50,756 bases of DNA. Source: Candidatus Aminicenantales bacterium. Its GTDB lineage: Bacteria > Acidobacteriota > Aminicenantia > Aminicenantales > UBA8522. This document shows positions 45,148 to 50,756 of this stretch, piece by piece. The notes under the pieces were generated by a model, which was not told the origin of the DNA, searched no databases, and saw nothing but the letters and a program-made list of their open reading frames with translations. The stretch covers positions 1 to 50,756 of the forward strand of contig JBAUIH010000125.1 of NCBI GenBank assembly GCA_049682755.1, given 5' to 3'. The stretch's first letter is position 1, and every line of letters begins with the position of its first letter. Both the position numbers and the translations under genes were made by a program.

Positions 45148-45624
45148 ATGAGTTTTGTCTTCAATGCCGACGAGATCTTCGAGATGGCCCTGAAGATCGA
45201 ACAGAACGGGGAGAAGTTCTACCGGGACTCAGCCGCCAAGATTGCGGACCCCGAGGCCATCCTGCTCTTGCTCAAGCTGGCGGACATGGAGGTGGATCAC
45301 CAGAGGATTTTCAAGGGAATGAAGACGGCCCTCTCCGCGGCCGATAAAAAGGCCATGACTTTCGACCCGAATAACGAAGCCGGGCTCTATCTCGCCTCGC
45401 TGGCCAATACCAGGATCTTTTTCGAAAAAGACATCGAGACTTCCACTCTCGAAGGGATCTTCAAGGCCGCTCTGGCCGCCGAGAAGGACTCGGTCGCCTT
45501 TTACCTGGGAATGAAAGACCTGGTTCCGGCCGGCCGCGGACGAGACAAAATCGAGGAGATCATCCGCGAGGAGATGCGGCACATCCGCGTTCTCGGCGAG
45601 CGACTGACCGCGCTGGAAAAATAG
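45148..45624 (+). CDS. Ferritin-like/rubrerythrin-type diiron four-helix-bundle protein (no rubredoxin domain)
   Basis: 158 aa. Two E...ExxH half-sites (IEQNGEKFY...DMEVDHQ and AAEKDSVAFY...EEMRHI). GAAGGAG is 7 nt upstream. Confidence 0.75.
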   Translation: MSFVFNADEIFEMALKIEQNGEKFYRDSAAKIADPEAILLLLKLADMEVDHQRIFKGMKTALSAADKKAMTFDPNNEAGLYLASLANTRIFFEKDIETSTLEGIFKAALAAEKDSVAFYLGMKDLVPAGRGRDKIEEIIREEMRHIRVLGERLTALEK

Positions 45625-46962
45625 CTAGACGATCTGGCGCGCTTCCATATAGAAACGCTTGTCCCTGGCCTCGCCCATGGAGAAGGTCTTCCGCGGCAGG
45701 GCTCCGTCAAGAATCACGGTCCTGAAGAGCTCGCTCTTGTCCATGGCCGGAAGATAGAAACCCGCGCCTCCCGACCGCGCTCCCAGCCGGAGGAGGGACT
45801 CCGTGCCGTGGATATAATCGACGTCGCGAGCGCCGCCTTCCTGAACGAAAAAGTCGAGGAATTTTTGAAGCGTCCCGACGGGCAGGTTGGACTCCGGATC
45901 AAAAACCTCCAAACCGCCGAACCCTGAGGAGGTGACCAAGCCGATCCGGTGGGAACTCCCCTTCTGCCGGTCGACCAGGTTCATGACCTCGGCGGCGCTC
46001 TGGCATTCAAAATAACGGAATTTCCCCCGGTAGAATTTCTCCATCTCGCCGATCGAGTTCCTCCCGGGAGTGATATCGACGAGCAGCCGGTGGATGGGTT
46101 CGAAAACGAGGGCGGGATCACGGAGGTTGACGATCTCGACCAGGGCATGCCGGAGGGGAGAATTCATAACGGCCTCCCTGTCGCCGGCTTTTTCCTTGAC
46201 TTTCTCCCAGATCGTCCTGGCGGTGGCCAGCGAGTGGTTGCCGTCACCCATGGCGTAGAGAAGGACCGGAGTCCCCGGAATCAAGCCGTACTTTGAGGCA
46301 AAGGCCGTGGGATCGGCAAGCGCCTCGAGGGCACTGATGATCCCCTTTTCCAGAGCCCCGTCAGACACCCGGTAACCCGCGAGACGCCCCGCCCCCATCA
46401 TCAGTTCGAAATCATATAGTTTCTCCAGGCCGCCCCTCCCGGCCGTGAGCGGCCCGATGACCGAATTCTGCGGATCGTCGATAAGAACCATGATGTGGGG
46501 AACCTCGAGGGGAGCTCCCTCCCGGATCCGGACCCGCGGGGGAATCCTCGAGAGGATCGTTCCCTCAGTGGCCCGGACGAGGCTCGTTGACCCCCTCCGG
46601 AAATCGTAGTGTTCGAGATCGAGGCAAGCCACCAGTCCTTTCCGGATGCCTGGACCTGTCCGGCGTTCCACATAGACAAAGCCTTCCCCAGAGGCGAATA
46701 TTCCCCTGCCCAGATAACGCCTCATTTGTTCCCGGATGCGCTCGATCCGGGCGCCGGCGCCCGGCTCACCGAGATAGACCTCAGGGTAGATTAGGCGCAG
46801 GGTCGAGGGCGCCTCTCCGACGAATTCCTCGACCTTCCGCCAGTATTCCGGCTCCGAGGTATATTGATCACAAGCAATGACCGCCCATTTGGACAGATCC
46901 GTGCCCGGCTTCGGGATCAGGATATCGGGGACACTGATGGCAAGGGAGTCATAATTCCTCAT
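45625..46962 (-). CDS. DUF1015 family protein
   Basis: 445 aa. The N-terminal block VPDILIPKPGTDLSKWAVIACDQYTSEPEYW is as remembered for DUF1015. Function unknown. Confidence 0.75.
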   Translation of the reverse strand: MRNYDSLAISVPDILIPKPGTDLSKWAVIACDQYTSEPEYWRKVEEFVGEAPSTLRLIYPEVYLGEPGAGARIERIREQMRRYLGRGIFASGEGFVYVERRTGPGIRKGLVACLDLEHYDFRRGSTSLVRATEGTILSRIPPRVRIREGAPLEVPHIMVLIDDPQNSVIGPLTAGRGGLEKLYDFELMMGAGRLAGYRVSDGALEKGIISALEALADPTAFASKYGLIPGTPVLLYAMGDGNHSLATARTIWEKVKEKAGDREAVMNSPLRHALVEIVNLRDPALVFEPIHRLLVDITPGRNSIGEMEKFYRGKFRYFECQSAAEVMNLVDRQKGSSHRIGLVTSSGFGGLEVFDPESNLPVGTLQKFLDFFVQEGGARDVDYIHGTESLLRLGARSGGAGFYLPAMDKSELFRTVILDGALPRKTFSMGEARDKRFYMEARQIV

Positions 46963-46997
46963 GGATAGGTCCTTTGGAAGATCGGAAATTCGATTAC

Positions 46998-47312
46998 TCA
47001 GAATCCCCGCCGGCGCTTTCTGGCCTTCCGGGAGCCCAGAATCCCTCCTTGAAGGAAAAGTCCGGCTCCCAAGACGAAACCGAAATTGTACCAGGATCCG
47101 TTGTTATGGACTTCGTAGATACGGACATCTTTACTAAAAACGGAAATGATGAAAGTGATCGGCGAGATCAGCCCGTGCCACAGCCCCCTCCAGAATCCGG
47201 CGACCCGGCCTTCCTCGTCGGCCGTCTTCTCGACGGTGTTCGGACCCGGGGCACAGCTCGAAAAAGCCATGAACAGAATGAGCAGGCATCCCAACCAGGC
47301 TATATTTTTCAT
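46998..47312 (-). CDS. Small lipoprotein/membrane protein, unknown function
   Basis: 104 aa from the ATG at 47310-47312 (AGGAGG upstream). Lipobox MAFSSC after a hydrophobic h-region, two further hydrophobic segments, and a basic C-terminus (RKARKRRRGF). Confidence 0.6.
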   Translation of the reverse strand: MKNIAWLGCLLILFMAFSSCAPGPNTVEKTADEEGRVAGFWRGLWHGLISPITFIISVFSKDVRIYEVHNNGSWYNFGFVLGAGLFLQGGILGSRKARKRRRGF

Positions 47313-47337
47313 GGGACCTCCTGATTCTCCGGGTCCT

Positions 47338-47526
47338 TCACTTCTGCCTGATCCTGATCTCGATCGTCGTCGGATTTTCCGGGATCTCCCCCAAGGAGCG
47401 GACAATCCCCTGGATCGTTTCCTTAATCAAACGTTGGACGAAACGATTCAAGGAGATATTGTGCCCGTCACAGACAAGTTCGACCCCGTTTTCCTGGTCA
47501 CGACTGCGCTGATTCTCTTCTGTCAT
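47338..47526 (-). CDS. Hypothetical 62-aa protein
   Basis: ATG at 47524-47526 with GGAGGA 8 nt upstream, 25 nt upstream of the lipoprotein gene. The longer track ORF (to 47643) lacks an SD. No family recognised. Confidence 0.4.
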   Translation of the reverse strand: MTEENQRSRDQENGVELVCDGHNISLNRFVQRLIKETIQGIVRSLGEIPENPTTIEIRIRQK

Positions 47527-47705
47527 CTCCGGTTCCTCCTCTCGGAAATATTGACACTGGCCACGCTGCTCAACCCTATACCATAGGGCGGCCGCCGAAG
47601 TCAAAGTCCGTGACGGCTCTATAACGAAAAGTGGGGTCCGCACAGAAAATAAAGACTATGATCGGCCCCCCATCGGCCTCGCTCCCGATCGGGTTCTTTG
47701 CGCTA

Positions 47706-47734
47706 TTGCCGCGATTTCTTCATTCGTGTATAAT
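47706..47734 (+). promoter_or_regulatory. Candidate sigma70-type promoter for the DEAD-box helicase (TTGCCG-17-TATAAT)
   Basis: The plus strand reads TTGCCGcgatttcttcattcgtgTATAAT, with a perfect -10. The predicted 5' UTR is about 100 nt. Confidence 0.45.
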
Positions 47735-47842
47735 AATGGCCTGAACATCGGACAGGAAAGATCTTTCCGGACCGTTCGGTCCGCCCGAGTCAACGATTCG
47801 ACTGACGATCCCCTTATGATGGAAATATGAAAAGGAACACAG

Positions 47843-49111
47843 ATGAATTTTAGCGAATTGAACCTGCATCCCGGACTCCTCCGCGGGATAGAGGACAGGG
47901 GCTACACCGAGTTGACACCCGTCCAGGAACAGACTCTGTCTCATACACTGCAAGGTGGAGATGCGGCTGTCCAGTCACAGACGGGAACCGGCAAGACGGC
48001 CGCCTTCCTGATCACGATCTTCGAGAAACTTCTCCGGGATGACTTATCCCGGGGGAAGAAGGCCTTGATCATCGTTCCGACCCGCGAGCTGGCGGTCCAA
48101 ATCGAGGGCGAGGCCCGCCTCCTGGGCCGCCATCTGAAGTTCACCATCGGCTGCATTTATGGGGGAGTCGGCTATGCCGGACAATTGGCCGCGCTGCGCA
48201 AGGGCGCCGGCATCATCATCGGCACACCGGGCCGGCTGATCGACCTCCACGAGAGGGGCTCTCTCAAGCTCAAGGAAATCGGCCTGCTGGTGATCGACGA
48301 GGCCGACCGCCTGTTCGACATGGGATTCCTCCCGGACCTCAAGATCCTGCTCCGGAATATGGCTCCCCGGACCGACCGGCAGAGCATGCTCTTCAGCGCC
48401 ACTCTGAACCGGATTTCCCGGAATATCGCCAACGAGCACCTGAACGGTCCGGCCTTCATTGAGCTCACGCCGGAGCAATTGACCGTGGACACGATCACCC
48501 AGAAACTCTATCGGGTGAAGAGCCACATCAAGCCCAACCTCCTCTTGGGAATCCTCCAGCGGCTGAAGCCCCGCAACGCCCTGATTTTCACCAACATGCG
48601 GCACAGCGCTTCCCGGCTCTCCAAGAAGCTCGAACTCAACGGCTTCAGTTGCCGTCATCTGTCGGGAGACCTTCCGCAAAGTCAGAGGCTCCGGATCATC
48701 GATGATTTCATGGCGGGCAAGTTCTCTTATTTGGTGGCGACCGATGTCGCCGCCCGAGGGCTCCATATCGACGATCTGGAGATGGTCATCAACTACGATC
48801 TTCCCCAGGACATTGAAAACTACGTGCACCGGGTCGGCCGGACGGCCCGGGCGGGAAACAGCGGCCAGGCCGTCTCCTTTGTCTGCGAAAAATTCGGCAA
48901 GCATCTGGAAGCCATCGAGTCGTTCATCGGGATGGCCATCCCCGTGGAGACGGCGGGAACCGACCTGTTCGCCACGGACAATGGCCTGGAGTACGAACTT
49001 CGGGAAAGACGCAACCGCAGAACCCAAACGGCCGGATCCCCGCGCGGCCGGACCCCCCGGCACGAGCATCGACCGGACAGGAGCCGGCGGCCGGACTCAC
49101 GGACGAGGTGA
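47843..49111 (+). CDS. DEAD-box ATP-dependent RNA helicase (RhlE-like) with basic Arg-rich C-terminal tail
   Basis: 422 aa. Q-motif (F.EL.L...LL.GI...GY..LTPVQ), AQTGTGKT-type motif I (SQTGTGKTAAF), PTRELA, DEAD (VIDEADR), SAT, HRVGRTARAG. Confidence 0.93.
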   Translation: MNFSELNLHPGLLRGIEDRGYTELTPVQEQTLSHTLQGGDAAVQSQTGTGKTAAFLITIFEKLLRDDLSRGKKALIIVPTRELAVQIEGEARLLGRHLKFTIGCIYGGVGYAGQLAALRKGAGIIIGTPGRLIDLHERGSLKLKEIGLLVIDEADRLFDMGFLPDLKILLRNMAPRTDRQSMLFSATLNRISRNIANEHLNGPAFIELTPEQLTVDTITQKLYRVKSHIKPNLLLGILQRLKPRNALIFTNMRHSASRLSKKLELNGFSCRHLSGDLPQSQRLRIIDDFMAGKFSYLVATDVAARGLHIDDLEMVINYDLPQDIENYVHRVGRTARAGNSGQAVSFVCEKFGKHLEAIESFIGMAIPVETAGTDLFATDNGLEYELRERRNRRTQTAGSPRGRTPRHEHRPDRSRRPDSRTR

Positions 49112-49149
49112 GACCCCGACGGCATCGCTTCCCCCAGCGCTTTTTTGAA

Positions 49150-49178
49150 TTGACATCGGCCCCAAAAAACGATAGATT
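49150..49178 (+). promoter_or_regulatory. Candidate sigma70-type promoter (TTGACA-17-TAGATT) for the acyltransferase-like gene
   Basis: The plus strand reads TTGACAtcggccccaaaaaacgaTAGATT, with a perfect -35, ending 24 nt before the ATG at 49203. Confidence 0.4.
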
Positions 49179-49202
49179 ATCGCGAAAGTCGAGAGCGATA
49201 CC

Positions 49203-50069
49203 ATGGCCTGGGGCGATCGAAGCGACGGCATCCGGCTCCGTCAGTTACCCGGCTTCCGCAAGATGTTCCCCTACATGATGCGGACGCGCACCGAATCGGC
49301 GATCTATCACGCTGTGCGCCTGAAGGTTGGCTCCGTTCTCACCTGGCTAGACCGGGTCAACGTCGGCCGGGAGAACAAAATCACCCGCTTCCACATCATC
49401 CTGGCGGCCTGCGTGCGCACCTTGGCCTTGAGACCCGAGGCCAATCGTTTCGTCGTCGGACGCCGTCTCTACCAGCGGCGCACCATCGACCTGTCGTTTG
49501 TGGTCAAGCGCGCCCTGACCGAAGAAGCCTCCGAGACCACCGTCAAAATCACTTTCGATCCCCGGGATACAATCTGGGAGGTGGTCGACCGGGTCAATGC
49601 GACCGTCCGGGCGGTCAGGGAAAGCCGGACGTCGAGAGATGAGTCCGCCTCCGAGATCGTGTCCAAGCTGCCGCGGAGCATTATCCGGCTTGTTATGGGG
49701 GGAGTGCGGGCCCTTGACTACTTCGGATTATTGCCCGCCTCCTTCATCAAGGGGGATACCCTCTACACGAGCGTGTTCCTGGCCAACCTCGGCAGCATTG
49801 ATCTTGATGCCGTCTTTCACCACCTCTACGAATGGGGCAACGCGCCGTTTTTCTTGGTCATTGGAAAGCCCAAAAAGGAGCCGGCCGTCAACCGGGACGG
49901 CCAGCTCGAGGTCCAGGACATCATGGACCTCAAGATCACTCTGGATGAGCGCATCACCGATGGAGTTTACTTTGCGGCCACGATCAATTTGCTGCGGGGT
50001 CTTATCGAAAACCCTGAAAAACTGGAACATCCCCCGGAAAGCCTTCCCGATCCCATGACGTCGGGCTGA
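49203..50069 (+). CDS. Stand-alone 2-oxoacid dehydrogenase E2 catalytic-domain-like (CAT-fold) acyltransferase, no lipoyl or PSBD domains
   Basis: 288 aa. The C-terminal block ITLDERITDGVYFAATINLLRGLIENPEKL parallels the E2 motif DHRxxDG....F...L..LLE.P..L, with Glu at the catalytic His position. Confidence 0.65.
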   Translation: MAWGDRSDGIRLRQLPGFRKMFPYMMRTRTESAIYHAVRLKVGSVLTWLDRVNVGRENKITRFHIILAACVRTLALRPEANRFVVGRRLYQRRTIDLSFVVKRALTEEASETTVKITFDPRDTIWEVVDRVNATVRAVRESRTSRDESASEIVSKLPRSIIRLVMGGVRALDYFGLLPASFIKGDTLYTSVFLANLGSIDLDAVFHHLYEWGNAPFFLVIGKPKKEPAVNRDGQLEVQDIMDLKITLDERITDGVYFAATINLLRGLIENPEKLEHPPESLPDPMTSG

Positions 50070-50083
50070 ACCGACGCCGGGAG

Positions 50084-50756
50084 TCAGCCGGCTGTCCCGG
50101 TTGATCGATCCGACCAGGCCCAGGCGATCATCTGGTCGTCCGGTTTGGCCAGGGGGGCATCATCAAACCCGCCCCTGATCTTCCACCGGGAGAAGCCAGC
50201 CTGCCGGAAGAGGAGCTCGAGCTCGAAGCGATAGACCCAGCGCTGGGCCGTCGAGAACCGATGGGAAGAGACGGTCCGTCCGCTCAAGTCAAGCTCCCGG
50301 ATCTCGATTTCCGAGCGCTGGAGCTGGGCCACGGGGTCCTTCGTCCGGGTGTCCCACATCTGGATCGTCCGTCCTGAGGCGGCGTCCTCCGCCTTGATCT
50401 CAAGAGTCGGCACTCCGTCGGGCTCGGCCCAGTATTGAGGACCCGGGTAGGACACATGAAGGACAAGGGCACCGCCCGGCTCAAGGTGAGCCCGGAAGCA
50501 GCGGAGCGCCCGCAGCTGGTCGTCCGTCGTCTCGCAATGGGCGAAGCCGTTGAAGGCGCAGATCACCCGGGCATAGCGGCGCGGCAGCGAGAAATCCCTC
50601 ATGTCGGCGACGACCGCCCTGTTTTCCCACCCCATGCCTTTGGCCTTGGCCCGGAAGCGTTCGATCATCGGCCCGCTCAGGTCGAACCCGTCCGCGTCGA
50701 AACCCGACTCGAGAAGGCGGAGGAGCACCCGGCCCGTGCCGCAGCCGGCCTCGAGC
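50084..50756 (-). CDS. Class I SAM-dependent methyltransferase (N-terminus beyond the right edge)
   Basis: The reverse complement of the last bases reads LEAGCGTGRVLLRLLESGFDADGFDLS (motif I E/DxGxGxG), so the reading frame continues past the window. The internal Met at 50728 in the track is not the start. Confidence 0.8.
   Translation of the reverse strand, partial: LEAGCGTGRVLLRLLESGFDADGFDLSGPMIERFRAKAKGMGWENRAVVADMRDFSLPRRYARVICAFNGFAHCETTDDQLRALRCFRAHLEPGGALVLHVSYPGPQYWAEPDGVPTLEIKAEDAASGRTIQMWDTRTKDPVAQLQRSEIEIRELDLSGRTVSSHRFSTAQRWVYRFELELLFRQAGFSRWKIRGGFDDAPLAKPDDQMIAWAWSDRSTGTAG

Noticed and set aside
1-50756. CRISPR arrays, transposases/IS elements, prophage genes, toxin-antitoxin pairs and known defence-system genes.
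   Set aside because: None was recognised on either strand by eye. Every ORF above about 100 aa with a plausible start is accounted for by housekeeping or envelope functions or by the hypothetical proteins listed.

Overview
GC-rich, very gene-dense chromosomal segment from a diderm bacterium; an outer-membrane porin, a TonB-dependent receptor and PilT are all present. I cannot assign the lineage from sequence alone. Almost the whole window is core housekeeping arranged in long co-directional blocks. (1) tRNA-Leu, tig, clpP, clpX, lon and rho (rho runs off the left edge). (2) A secreted trypsin-like/TPR protease, divergent from a four-gene envelope operon: GT87-like glycosyltransferase, DUF2085, a 4-TM protein and a DAGK-type lipid kinase. 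(3) A 15-kb minus-strand block: split saccharopine-pathway genes (LKR then SDH), a Memo-like amrB, hrcA-grpE-dnaK-dnaJ-rsmE, a Hanks kinase, ilvE, pilT, alaS and an SLT transglycosylase. (4) cysS-yraN. (5) A block of alpha/alpha-toroid repeat protein, 574-aa class-V PLP enzyme, folK and a TonB-dependent receptor, divergent from a cysteine-desulfurase-family gene. (6) An 8.7-kb Pho supercluster: porin, pstSCAB, phoU, a small membrane protein, phoB and phoR, ending in a two-cysteine DsrC-type gene. (7) A ferritin-like diiron protein converging on a small-protein/lipoprotein/DUF1015 operon. (8) A DEAD-box helicase, a stand-alone E2-catalytic-domain-like acyltransferase and a partial SAM methyltransferase. 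I found no CRISPR array, transposase, integrase, prophage or recognisable defence genes. The best candidates for undescribed biology are a lid-less DnaK inside the canonical heat-shock operon, a sensor-less Hanks kinase with a zinc ribbon translationally coupled to rsmE, the toroid/PLP/folK/TBDR block with the nearby cysteine desulfurase and DsrC, and the GT87/DUF2085/lipid-kinase operon. There are also several cis-elements: four phased Pho-box-like repeats, an anti-SD structure between pstS and pstC, and an apparently leaderless cysS. All functional calls come from motif and remembered-homolog recognition; no searches were run.
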